A stretch of DNA of 64,000 nt from Eledone cirrhosa (lineage: Eukaryota), in NCBI GenBank assembly GCA_964016885.1, contig OZ024742.1:113460001-113524000 (forward strand), written 5' to 3'. Shown one piece after another: positions 9,840 through 21,835 of this stretch. Position 1 is the stretch's first letter; each line of letters opens with the position of its first letter. The position numbers and the translations under genes are program-made. A model generated the notes under the pieces. It saw only the letters and a list, made by a program, of their open reading frames with translations, was not told the origin of the DNA and did no database searches.

Positions 9840-12725
9840 AGAACTATGTACCAACCATCCAAACTTGCGCAAGTTATCGGAGAAATGGAAGCCTACAAAA
9901 TTAACATCCCGGGCCTCAGCGAGGTCCACTGAACTGACTCTGGGGAGTTTGTCTATGAAAACAAGACCATCCTGTTCTCAGGCCGTCAGAACGGGACCGA
10001 CCGAGATGGAGTTGCAATCATCATGGACAGGGCTGCCAACGGTGCCCTTGTGGAGTGGACTCCTATCAACGAACGCCTAATGACAGCAAGATTCACCACA
10101 TCACATGCAAAAGTCACCATAGTTCAGTGCTATGCTCCAACCAACGAACATAACGACGATGACAAGGACGCTTTCTACCAGCAACTACAAGATGTTGTCA
10201 ACAAAACCCCACGTCATGACATCCTGATCATCATGGGAGTAATGAACGCACAGATGGGGGGAAGCAGAGTTGGGTTTGCACATGTCATTGGCCCCCATGC
10301 TTATGGAAACCGCACGGACAACGGGGACAGGTTTGTCCAGTTATGTGCCATGAACAATATGAAAATCGGCTCGTCACTATTTGACCACAAGAACATCCAC
10401 AAGGTCACATGGGCTTCGAACGACCACAGGACCAAGACGCAAATAGACCATGTTGCAATTGGCCCAAGATGGAGAACTCCTTGCCTGCAGGACGTCCGAG
10501 TCTACCGAGGCGCAGATGTTTGCAGTGACCACTATATGTCTGTTAGCAAACTTAAAATCAGACTGAGGAAGCGTTTTGACACTACCAAGGGGTTTTGACA
10601 CTACCAAGCTGAAGAACGGTGATACAGAAGCACAGTTCGAGGCTGCTTTGACTAACATATTTGCTGTCCTTGAGGAGTCTGCACCAGGCTCGGTCAATTG
10701 ATGGGAGGAAATGAAGAAGACCATAGTAGCGGCAGGGGAAGAAATCCTGGGCTACAGGAAGTCCCTCAGGGAAGCTTGGGTCTGCGACAACACCTGGCAG
10801 CTGATTAATGAAAGGAAAGCCCTACACCAGCTGAGGATTGCCACTGCCCCAGAGGCCATCAAAGTATAACATGAGTATGTTGAGAAGGACAAGGAGGTGA
10901 AACGCAGCGACCAAAAGGACAAACGAATGTGGTTTGAGATTAAGGCAGAGGACGCAGAAGCAGCTGCCGCACGCAATGACATCCGCTCTGTGCACCAAAT
11001 TGCCAAGAAAATCACCGGCAGCTCTAGAGCTTTCTCAGGCCCGGTGAAAGCGAAAGACCGTACGCTGCTTTCCAAGGGTGAATAAAAGTTAGTCAGATGG
11101 GCCGAACATTTCATGGAAGTCCTCAACCGACCGGAGCCACGTATGCCAGCATGCACTAAGGAAACTACTAGTTTGCTACCTATCAATACTGATGACTTCA
11201 CCGAGAAGGAAGTCCGCATGGCCATCAAAACCCTTAAGAATAACAAGTCACCAAGTCTGGATGGCATTTCTGCTGAAATGCTGAAGTCAAGAGGCGAAAG
11301 CATAGTCAAGTGGATGGGCCACTTATGTAATCTTGTGTGGAACACGGGTGAAGTCCTAGAAGACTGGAGAAACGGAGCGGTTGTCTGTATCCCCAAGAAG
11401 GGCAACCTTGCCAATTGTGACAACTGGAGGGCAGTGACACATCTCTCCATACCAGGAAAGGTCTATACTCTAGTGATCCTGAACCGCATGCATGGCATGG
11501 TAGACCGGGAACTGCAAGAACAACAGACAGGGTTCCGACCATAACGTTCCTGTACAGAGCAGATCTTTCCGCTACGCCGCACCATTGAGAGGTACAACGA
11601 ATTCCAGAGGCCCCTCGCCATCTGCTTCATCGCTTTCTCCAAAGCCTTCGATAACATTCATCGACCGTCGCTCTGGAGCATTATGCATGAGTATATTCTG
11701 CTCCAGAAAGTCATTTCGGCAATCAAACAGATTTACGCAAACTCCAAGTGCTGCATACGGACAGAGGATGGTTACAGTGACTGGTTTGAGGTAGTTACTG
11801 CGTGCGTCAAGGTTGCTCGCTCCCTCCAATTATCTTTGCCATATCCATTGACTGGTTACTAAGAAGAGCGTCTAAAGACCAGGGTATATCTTGATTGGGA
11901 GAGCAAAAGTTGTCTGACCTGGACTTTGCGAACGATATTGCTGCACTTGCAGAGAGCACAGCAGACCTGCAAATCATTGTGAACAATGTCAATGTCAAAG
12001 CAGGAAGCTTAGGTCTCAATATCAGTGCCAAGCAGACCAAAAGCATGTTATCTGGGACACACACATCACCAACCAATGTCTTCATTTAACAGACTGATGT
12101 GGAGATAGTGGACAACTTCACCTACCTAGAAAGCTCCATTAACAATGAGCATACCATGGACATTGAACTGCAATGTAGAATGGGAAAGGCTTCAGCAGCA
12201 TTTAACCAGCTTGACAAGATCTGGAAGAGCAGGAAGTTCACCCTAAAAACAAAGATGAGATTCTACAACAGCAACGTGCTGTTTAAACTCTTGTACGGAA
12301 GTGAAACATGGCACCTTAAGACCAGCCAAGAGAAGAATTTGGACGTATTCGATTCCAGATGTCTGCGAAAGATCCTGGGGATTAAATGGAGTGAACATGT
12401 AACAAACCAGGAAGTCAGGAACTGCACCAACTAGCAGCTAGTCTATTCTATCATCTGCATGCGACGGCTGGGCTGTTTTGGAAACGCTTTTAGACTCCCC
12501 CCCCCCCGGACGGACTGGCGAACGAAGTACTTAAAATGGAGCCCGCAGGGAAGCAGACGGACAGGGCGACCCAAAATGAACTGGCGCCAGAGAGTTGAGA
12601 GGGACCTGCGAGCGACAAACAGACAATGGCGAGATGCTGTACAACTGGCTGCTGACCGAACGCGATGGAACACTATCACTGCCTCATGCGTCGCAAGACG
12701 AGGGAGCTTTTGAATCTGAATCTGA
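9840..12725 (+). mobile_element. Near-full-length decayed RTE-clade LINE (APE + RT) with stops and frameshifts
   Basis: RTMYQPSKLAQVIGEMEAYKINIPGLSEV, IVQCYAPTN, QIDHVAI, SDH, IPKKGNL..CDNWR, QQTGFRP, LDFANDI, LLYGSETW; (TGAATC)n tail at 12711-12725. Confidence 0.95.
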
Positions 12726-12925
12726 GTGTATATACTTACCAAGATTATTGCAGAAACGTCTGTGTAGCATTGATCTATCTCAAGGGTTTTTCAAAGGTTT
12801 CGCATACAATATGTCTTGGAACATGTAATCAAGTCTGTAAGGGATTGACATAATAAGTACACTTATCGTTAACACAGCTCTACAATATGTAAGTCTACAG
12901 CTGTATAAGTGGTTTATTTTAATTC

Positions 12926-12928
<3 letters not shown>

Positions 12929-13015
<87 letters not shown>

Positions 13016-13034
13016 CATATATATATATATATAT
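12929..13034. repeat. (TA)n microsatellite, one of many in the window
   Basis: Directly visible. Confidence 0.95.
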
Positions 13035-13521
13035 AGCAAAAATGCCACCAGTCGTAAGCAACTACCACACCCCTTCCAAATTAACCGCGACTACGTCACG
13101 ATTTTTAGCCATTTTGAAATGAATTCTTGGCGCGTCTTTGGAAAATGTAATGTCTAGATATGAGCGAGCTTCCTGAAGAATCCGGCGCTCGAGTTTATAT
13201 AAGTATTACATAATTATTGGAAAACTCAAAACACGGACGAAACTATGGTAGAGGTATTTAAATGTATTTTATTTTCTCCTAGTTTATTTTAAACCTAATT
13301 CTGTTTATTTGACTATATCTAGGCGATTACGCTGTCGAAATATTCGATAAATATTCCGCTACGGCCGACGCGAAGCGCTAGTTTCGGTTATTTGTCGGAG
13401 ATTCCTTCATAGAAGCCTCATTAGTATAGCCTGGTCTATTCGATTTTTTATATAGTTAATTATGCTAATTGGGAGAGGAAATAGTATATATTTTATCTTG
13501 TGATTCTATAGACATGTTTTA

Positions 13522-13523
<2 letters not shown>
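13035..13523 (+). mobile_element. ~490-bp non-coding hammerhead element between two (TA)n tracts (solo pLTR/retrozyme-like)
   Basis: No ORF, (TA)n on both sides, HHR at 13169-13254. Confidence 0.6.
13169..13254 (+). ncRNA. Type I hammerhead with extended stem II
   Basis: cttc-CTGAAGA(13173-79)-a tccg..gagttt...aaactc..cgga c-GAAA(13239-42)-ctatgg-TA-gagg. Confidence 0.7.
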
Positions 13524-13576
<53 letters not shown>

Positions 13577-13579
<3 letters not shown>

Positions 13580-16241
13580 GACATGCTGTAAGGAACCAGA
13601 TGGACCATAGCGCACTAGAGTACTCAATACTTAGGGTAGTAGAGTGGGAACTAGAAAAAGTATGACTCCGATGGCAGAGCTAAAGCCGTTTCGACGCCTA
13701 TTTCAGGACTAAATTAGAATTTTTACCCTGGTTAATAAATAGCCGAACTTGTGAAGGGGGTACTTCCTTATATGGGAAGATTGTCGTTGTCAAGAGACAA
13801 CTAGAGACAACTATAGACAACCAGAGACAACAAGAGACAACAGGATTGGTTAAAATTTGTTGTAAACACAAATAAGTCTATCATGGCATTTGGTGGCAGG
13901 TAGGGTGGCTGAATTGCCTATAGAACAATAGGTGGTGAGTGGAGCGGTCAAGTGTTGAAAGTGATATGTATACAGCGGATTCTAAGGAGAGTGTATGAAG
14001 TGGAGGAGGGAGGTTATAGAATAGGTAAATCAAGTGAGAGTAGGACACAATAAAATATAATAGAAATAAATATCAAAATATATAAACTTAGATAGTGAGA
14101 AAAGAATGTTTAAAAATCACAATGCTATCTTACAATTACAGGTTAATAAGTTGAGAATAGAAAAAAACTTGTAGAAATTGAGTAGTACCAAAACTGATAC
14201 AAAAATAAAAGAGTTAGCTCCGGACAGTAAGCTCTAAGTGAGATTGTAGGTTATATTATCATGGAGGTCCCAGATGTGGCCCGAAAGTGGAGTGTCATGT
14301 CGCCGGACCGGGTTTTGCAAAGTATGTTGGTGTTGGTAGAGCCGGGTCTTGAAGTCACACGCGGTTAATCCTATGTAAGCTTTGTTGGAGGTGTCCGTCC
14401 TCACATTGCACTGGTAGATCACGTTACGTTCTCGACATTTGTTGTTGAGGGGGCACGTAGATCTGTCAGGGCAGTTACACCTCCTGGTCATCTCTCCACT
14501 GATGACTAGGTTATTTCTTCCATAGGGGTTGAGTTTTTTGTTGTTTGAGAAGACGATGATTTGTGCGAAGTTATGTGTGGTGTTGTAGGAGAGTTCGATG
14601 GTGTTTTTGTTGATTATGTTGTGGTAGTGTTTTTCTAGGAGTCTAAAGAAGATCTTCCCGATAGGTGTTGCCACCTCGCCATTATGGGGAATGTTGAACC
14701 ACGTTACGTTGCGTGAGCGGCGCTGTCGCCCGCTGGTTCCGCTAAGGGAGGCTGGATAAAAGGATATTTCCTCCATGAGGCCACTCCGCTTGAGGGCCTG
14801 GTGCAATGAGGCGCGTGATCGTCGAATATCTGCTCATTAGCGGACAAACGAGATATGCGGAAGGAGATGTTTTAACTAGGTTATTGGTGATGTTTCTAGG
14901 ATGGTTAGAGCGGCGGTGGATGTAGTGCGGGTTGTGGTTTGGTTTTCTGTATGGGTAGTACAGATCATTTTCGAGATTAAGGGTAACGTCCAGGAAATTG
15001 ACTCCGCTTAGGGACGTTTGTAGGGTGATTTTAAATCCCCAGTCCCGGAAGAAGTTGATTAGTTGTTTACGGACCCGGTCTGTACAACTGGGGTTGTACC
15101 CTTTGAGGGTGAGGAGCCCATCATCCCGGTACAATCCACCTCCGAAAGCAGGAAACATTTCGGTGAGTTTAAATAGTAGGAATAATCCTATAAGATCTGT
15201 GACCTCGGCCGAATCTGTTGCGCCCATACTGACGTTGAATGGGGAGTCAGGAGCTCTCTTTATCCACTTGGAGTTGGTGGAAAGTAGGACTGTCTTCCTG
15301 GCGTGGAGAATGATATGTATTTCATGGTCAGTGATGGGTGTGAGTGTTTCCGTAAGGATCGGTAAGCTAATAGATGCATAGTAATTCTTTATGTCAAACT
15401 GGATGAATTGTGTGTCTCGTTTTTCTTCCATATTCCAGAACCAATAGAGATTACTTCCTGGCTGCTGACCCATAGGCTGTCTCACGTTTTACTTAAATGT
15501 TGGTATAACTCGGTCTAGGATCTTTTTACTGATTCTCCCTATGTCCGACTTCGTTGGGTTTATAAGCCTAATGGATGGTTTATTAGCCTAATGGTTTATA
15601 AGCCTAATGGATGCAGCCATTGATGCAGCCCATCGGGCCTCTGTAGCATCATTTGCCCCACCTCTGTAATTTTAAGATAGAATTGGCCGAATACGTTTTA
15701 CTAACTACTTATAGCAGACCTGTTAAACCCCTTTTATTTTTGTATCGGTTTTGGTACTTCTCAATGTCTACAAGTTTTTTTCTCTGCTCAACTTGTTAAC
15801 CTGTAATTGTAAAATAGCATTGTGATTTTTTTTTTATTCATTTCTCAATATCTAATTTTATATATTTTTTTTATTTATTTCTATTATCTTTTATTGTGTG
15901 CTACTCTCATTCGATTTACCTATTCTATAACTCCCTCCTCCACTTCATACACTATCCTTAGAATCTGCGGTATACATTTCATGTTCAATGCTTTACGCTC
16001 CACTCACACTCCTATTGTTCTAGGGGTAAGTTCAGCCACCCGTACCTGCCACCAAATGCCATGATAGACTTATTTGTGTTTACAACACATTTTAAAACAT
16101 CCTCTTGACAACTACAATCTTCCCATATAAGGAAGTACCCCCTTGACAAAATCGGCTATTTATTCACCAGGTAAACATTCTAATTTAGTCCAGAAGTAGC
16201 CATCGAAACGGCTTGAGCTCTGCCGTCGGGGTCATACTTTT

Positions 16242-16242
<1 letters not shown>
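13577..16242 (-). mobile_element. Decayed Penelope-like element with inverted terminal (pLTR-like) repeats
   Basis: ORFs 14742..15485 (FDIKNYY, MGATDSAEV, YRDDGL, NFLDVTL) and 14234..14806 (CNC..CPL, AYIGLT..FKTRLYQH). 13656-14212 and 15728-16242 are inverted homologues; (TA)n on both sides. Confidence 0.9.
16187..16231 (+). ncRNA. Degenerate hammerhead in PLE terminal repeat (mirror copy 13666-13710, minus strand)
   Basis: CAGAAGTA/CTGAAATA-g nnnn c-GAAA-CGGC...GCCG-TC. Stem III is clear, but the core is mutated in both copies. Confidence 0.4.
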
Positions 16243-16281
<39 letters not shown>

Positions 16282-16314
16282 TTAAAAGAATAGTGGTGTA
16301 ACCAACGAGTTGTG

Positions 16315-16629
16315 ATATATTAGTAAATGGAAAAGAAAATGCTGACAAATTTTTCCCAGTGAAAAATAGTTTAATTAGGAATAATTAAAACATAGTAATG
16401 AGTATTGGTTAGTATTCAGTTTTAGTTTTAAGTTTTCACAGGTTGCGCATTTCTAATGCTTTTCTCGAAATTATTTTTAAAAAGCATTAGAAATGCGCAA
16501 CCGGTAAAAACTTAAAAATAAAACTGAATACTAACCAATACATATTACTAATTTTTACTTATTCCTAATTAAAGTATTTTTCATTTGGAAAAGTTTGTCA
16601 GCATTTACTTTTCCTTTTTCCTAATATAT
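16315..16629. repeat. ~315-bp imperfect palindrome
   Basis: GGTTGCGCATTTCTAATGCTTTT / AAAAGCATTAGAAATGCGCAACC at the centre; arms remain complementary outward. Confidence 0.85.
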
Positions 16630-16699
16630 ATATAGAGAAACTCAGAAGATCCCGTTAAGGGTGAAAGCAGCGATTCTTTGCTTAAACTTGAATCTGTTA

Positions 16700-16765
<66 letters not shown>

Positions 16766-16861
16766 TAGATAGATAGATAGATAGACAGATAGATAGATAG
16801 ATAGATAGATAGATATAGATAGGTAAATATACACGGGTGTGTATGATTGTGTATAGAAGAT

Positions 16862-17776
16862 TATATTAATAAGAGGAATTTCAACTTTGTCTGATTTACT
16901 CATTTTATTTAAAATCCTTTAAAATATATAATGGTATTATAATGAAATAGTATGATAGAATATTAAATTCTAAGTGTTAATTGAACAAGTACTTTCATGC
17001 TTTCGCAATCTTTAGGTTCATAATATGTGGTAACAGTCGAATTTGCAATTTTCAACTGTAATGAGATGGGTAAATTTCCTACCTTTTATACATTTTATAC
17101 AGAGAAAAGTGGCTCTAGAATGCTAAGCCCTGTAAACTGTATTTCGACCAATCAGTGTGTAGTTTCACTGAATTACTAAAGCTGATTGGTTTAAGCGTCA
17201 CGGCTGGTTGAGCATGCTAACAACCAATAATCATATCCAAAGCATCAATTGTTTTGCTATTTTTAGAAATGATGAAAATAGCATTTTCTATTAATCATCA
17301 CCATCAACATCACTTTTATTATTATTATTATTGTTGTTGTTGTTGTTGTTAGTGGTCGTGATCATAGTGGTAATCATTTCTAAAAATAGCAAAACAATTG
17401 ATGCTTTGGATATGATTATTGGTCGTTAGCATGCTCAACCAGCCGTGACGCTTAAACCAATCAGCTTTAGTAATTCAGTGAAACTACACACTGATTGGTC
17501 GAAATACAGTTTACAGGGCTTAGCATTCTCGAGCCACTTTTCTCTGTATAAAATGTATATAAGGTAGGAAATTGACCCATCTCATTACAGTTGAAAGTTG
17601 CAAACTCGACTGTCACCACATATTATGAACCTGAAGATTGCGAAAGCATGAAAGTACTTGTTCAATTAACACTTAGAATTTAATATTCTATCTTACTATT
17701 TCATTATGATACCATTATATATTTTAAAGGATTGTAAATAAAACGAGTAAATCAGACAAAGTTGGAATTCCTCTTA

Positions 17777-17783
<7 letters not shown>
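16862..17783. mobile_element. Inverted-pair hammerhead element (family C) with ~410-bp arms
   Basis: Arms 16862-17273 and 17373-17783 are highly similar reverse complements with a ~100-bp triplet-repeat spacer; microsatellite flanks. Confidence 0.9.
17626..17664 (+). ncRNA. Minimal Type I hammerhead ribozyme
   Basis: tgaac-CTGAAGA-t tgc GAAA gca t-GAAA-GTAC-TT-gttca. The mirror copy 16982-17020 has CTAAAGA (G5A). Confidence 0.85.
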
Positions 17784-17865
<82 letters not shown>

Positions 17866-19359
17866 CGGGGTTCTGAATTACAATGCATTTAAGTTAGTGA
17901 CTATAGTTACATATAGATATGTAACTTTTGGCAAAAACAAAAGAAAACAACAGACGATCGTTTCTCATGTTTAGTAGTTATCGAGTCTATATATTCCTTT
18001 GTTTTTGATGTGAGCTGTAGCAGCTGGATTCTTATAGGATACCAATTATTTGTTTATGAGCTGTTTAAACTCAATAACATACAGAGCGGCTGCCGATTTA
18101 CGTTTATGAAAATGTATCTTAATACTTGGGAGGTTTCACCTATTCAAGACAATGATAAATAACGAAATCTATTCGAATTCTTACCTCTATCGCAATTTCT
18201 ATCAACAATGACCTATATTACACGATTCTCTTTCTAATCCGTCCCACATTTGAAAATATTAAATATAATATTATATGAGAAGTACTCCACTTCTCTTTCA
18301 GGGAATCGAACAAATCGACAGTTTTCATGTTCAAAGTCTAATAGTCATTAAATAGTTTGTGCATATTGGACCAATAAGACGCTCGACACACTATTGTTTA
18401 GCCAATGAGTTATTTAGGTGTTTTGAAAATGAACAAATACTATTATAATTTAAACAAATCTCGCTGATACTTAAGATGATCCGTTGACAGCCTAATATGA
18501 TTAATTAGCCATTTTGTTGTTTCACATTAAAACTATAATTTAGAGGTTACTGCTGTGGTTTATGCCTCTTAACTGAATTTTCTAGAAATGTCACCTAAAT
18601 CTCCATCATAACTCACTTTCTTAAACAGAAAAAGTGGATAAAAGACTGACGCAAAGTGTATGGGAACATACATTAGAGTGAAGTGGTTGAAGTATTTAGA
18701 AACGTTTGCCCGAGAATTTCTGGTCTGGTTGCAAGATAGTAAAATCATTTTATTTAAATACAAATTCATACCAGTTTATTTATTTAATTTTTTACTAATT
18801 TACTGGTTTCATTATTTTGACTATAATTATGCTGTGATAATGACGTAAATTATATATTCCATAATATTAAACATGAATACTTGATTCTTGCGCATGAAAC
18901 AAATATCATTTTCAGTTTCATTTCGAATTTATAGGAACAAAACCTAATATAATATTTGTGTTCTCTTTAATTCACTGGCGAGACAAGTTTGTTGTAGATT
19001 CAGGTTCAATCGCACATATATATTTGTATAACGGATTCTCAAAGTATTTTAATGAACATCTATTTAGAAAAAACATGCTAACGCCACCATTGTTATTGAT
19101 ATTTTCGTAGTGAATCCCCGTGGTTAAACATATTGTCATAGTCAAAATATTTGCCACTATTATAGCACGGGTTTATATATATTTCATTTAGCATATATAC
19201 TTGAGATCACTCTCTATTATCAGTTGAAAGTCAATTCAATATATTAAATAAAATCATTTCAATCATTATAACAGTAACAATGAATTTATTGAAATAGAAT
19301 TTCTCAAATTCAGTAATTCATATGGTGATATTAGATGTGTGCTGACGAGCTTCGTTCTC

Positions 19360-20340
19360 TACCCATATGGTGCCCAAGGTCAGATACGAAGCAGCTGTCT
19401 CCGAATGGCCTGATTGAATCCCCAATTGTGAGCAGCTATATCTTGGATACTAACCAGCCATCCACTTCGTGGTCTAGATCCAGGTTGCTTGCCGGCTGTC
19501 ATTACCGTTAAAATATATCTAATATTACTGTCATTAGGTTTTCCAAAAATACATTTCCGTATTGCCGGCACAATTATCACTCATTGCGCAGAATACGATA
19601 AACACGGAGATGCGCAGCCTTTGTAGTAATGTTACTCCAAAGACCTTTCAGAGGAACCACTTGAAAGCAGCTTGTATTCCAGATCATATTATTTCGGTTA
19701 TTACCCAAGATTATCGGCTTAGGTAAAGTTAGGTACGAACACTGTATTGAAGATATCGAATTTGGTTTCTACGCCTACCTTCCGTCGATTGACGTTCAAG
19801 TTTTGAAGTTGGCACTCTACCCCATTACCTCCTGCAATTCGAACATGTAATTCATCTTCCACCATACCGTCAATCCTGATTATGATTCTGCAATATTTAG
19901 AAATTCTCCACTTGTTTCAGTGAATCTCCAATTACGACAAAGTGAATAGAGTACGCTTACAGTGTGTTAAGGAATACTAGGGTGATTGAAAATTAATGTC
20001 AACTGGTCATACACATGCGGAATTTTATGACACTGCCAACACGGATGTACATAGCAGTTACAATTAGGAATGTTATAAAGGCGAGGTATTAGTGTACACA
20101 CATTTAGTGGAGTCCAAAATTCCACAGATAACACCAATTGTCTGGAAACAATACTAGCGCTTCTATCTAGGGATTTCAATGCAAGTGGTCATCGATCAAG
20201 TAATCCTTCATAACCCTCAACAACAGGTCCCATGAAACGCGATCGTATGTGTTTGTGATTTACTAGAAACAAGCTTCAAATTCTTCACAATGTTCCAACG
20301 CAATTTTAGAAGAATGCCGCCGAGTGATTATTTGGTCATT
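19360..20340 (-). mobile_element. Highly decayed RTE-like LINE 3' fragment
   Basis: Residual RT-like peptides (YDRV; GLH..C.L.P.LYNI) and a C-terminal G.RPR..W motif on the minus strand. Confidence 0.45.
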
Positions 20341-20402
20341 TGTGCAATGGCCCGAGTAAAACAAACAGAGAAAATAACCTTATAAATATATATACACACA
20401 CC

Positions 20403-20424
<22 letters not shown>

Positions 20425-20434
<10 letters not shown>

Positions 20435-21222
20435 GTGTATTTTGCAATACACTGTATGCTTAATTAAAAACATTTTGAAGACCTTACGCTATTGTTCTAA
20501 AGTAGTGACCATGTCACTGACTTCTTTTTTCAACAAACAAAGGGAGATACGCTGACATATCTCTGTTTTGATACTGTTGTTAATCATCAGAGCTCAGCAC
20601 TCGCCTTTGTGTGTTGAATATTTTAAATGTTGGACTCTTATAGAATTCCAGTAATAATCAGGAACTGATTATACAGAGTGCTTGCCTGTCCAGCAAAAAA
20701 TTGAAAATTAGAATTGGTGCTCAGAAATAGCGATGTATGCATGAATGTATATATAGTATATTTGGCAATATACTGTATGCTTAATTAAAACCAATTTGAA
20801 GATCTTACGCTATTGTTGTTTGCTGAAAAAAGAAGTGACATAATCACTACTTTAGAACAATAGAATAAGGTCTTCAAAATATTTTTAATTAAGCATACAG
20901 TATATTGCCAAACATATTATATATACACCGCAATGTATAATCAGTTCCTGATTATAACTGGAATTCTATAAGAATCCAACATTTATAATATTCAACAGAC
21001 AAAGGCGAGTGCTAAGCTCTGATGATTACCAACAGTATGAAACAGAGATATGTCAGCTTATCTCCCATTGTTTGTTGAAAACAAAAGTAATTGACATAGT
21101 CACTACTTTAGAAAAATGGCGTAAGGTTTCAAAATATGTTTTAATTAAGCATACAGTATATTGCCAAATATACTATATATACACTTATGTATACATCGCT
21201 ATTTCAGAGAACCAATTGTAAT

Positions 21223-21225
<3 letters not shown>
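20425..21225. mobile_element. Family A hammerhead element: partial tandem dimers in inverted orientation
   Basis: The motif ACTGTATGCTTAATTAAAA occurs twice forward (~20450, ~20772) and twice reversed (~20900, ~21157); (TA)n flanks. Confidence 0.85.
21013..21060 (+). ncRNA. Type I hammerhead ribozyme
   Basis: taagct-CTGATGA-t tac caaca gta t-GAAA-ca gagata tg-TC-agctta. The mirror copy 20551-20595 has CAAAA in place of GAAA. Confidence 0.85.
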
Positions 21226-21280
<55 letters not shown>

Positions 21281-21493
21281 CGTTTCTGAATTTGTTTAGC
21301 AAGATTCTTTATCTGAAATCGTGTGTTGAAACCGATATTGTTATACTTTGGGAGGGTCATGTTGCCAATAAGAAACACACGCACCAGTTGCTTTCACTTC
21401 AATTTAATTTAATATATATTTATAAATTTACAAATTTATAAATTTCTGGTTGGTTGGTTGGTTCCACAACCAGATAGTTGTTTATATATATAT

Positions 21494-21538
21494 AGTCATA
21501 GTTCTTTCGTCACACACTCTGTGACCTCTTCAGTGACT
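21494..21538 (-). ncRNA. Minimal Type I hammerhead in PLE 3' UTR (left arm)
   Basis: agtca-CTGAAGA-g gtcaca gagtg tgtgac-GAAA-gaac-TA-tgact. Confidence 0.8.
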
Positions 21539-21835
21539 GGGGATTTCTTTCTTCGTTTCTGTGCCTTTCCTTTCTTCTATCCTACGCCATTTTGTTTGTG
21601 TGTGGGTTGCGTGCTCAGTTTGCGCATGCGCCACATCCGGGTGTCTGTGTGTGTTTGTGTTCATTTTTCTATTTTTCTATTTATATTTGTTTGTTTATTT
21701 ATTTATTTATTGTTGGTTGGTTGTTTGTTCTATGTGTGTGTGTGTTTTCATTTTGTCTTGTGTGTGTTTTCATTTTGTGTGTGTTTTCAATTGTAAGTTG
21801 TTTGTTCTATGTGTGTGTGTGTTTTCATTTTGTCC

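Noticed and set aside
13375-13432. Second, minus-strand HHR-like motif (CTAATGA...GAAA-ctag)
   Set aside because: G5 is mutated and there is no UH site or stem I partner.
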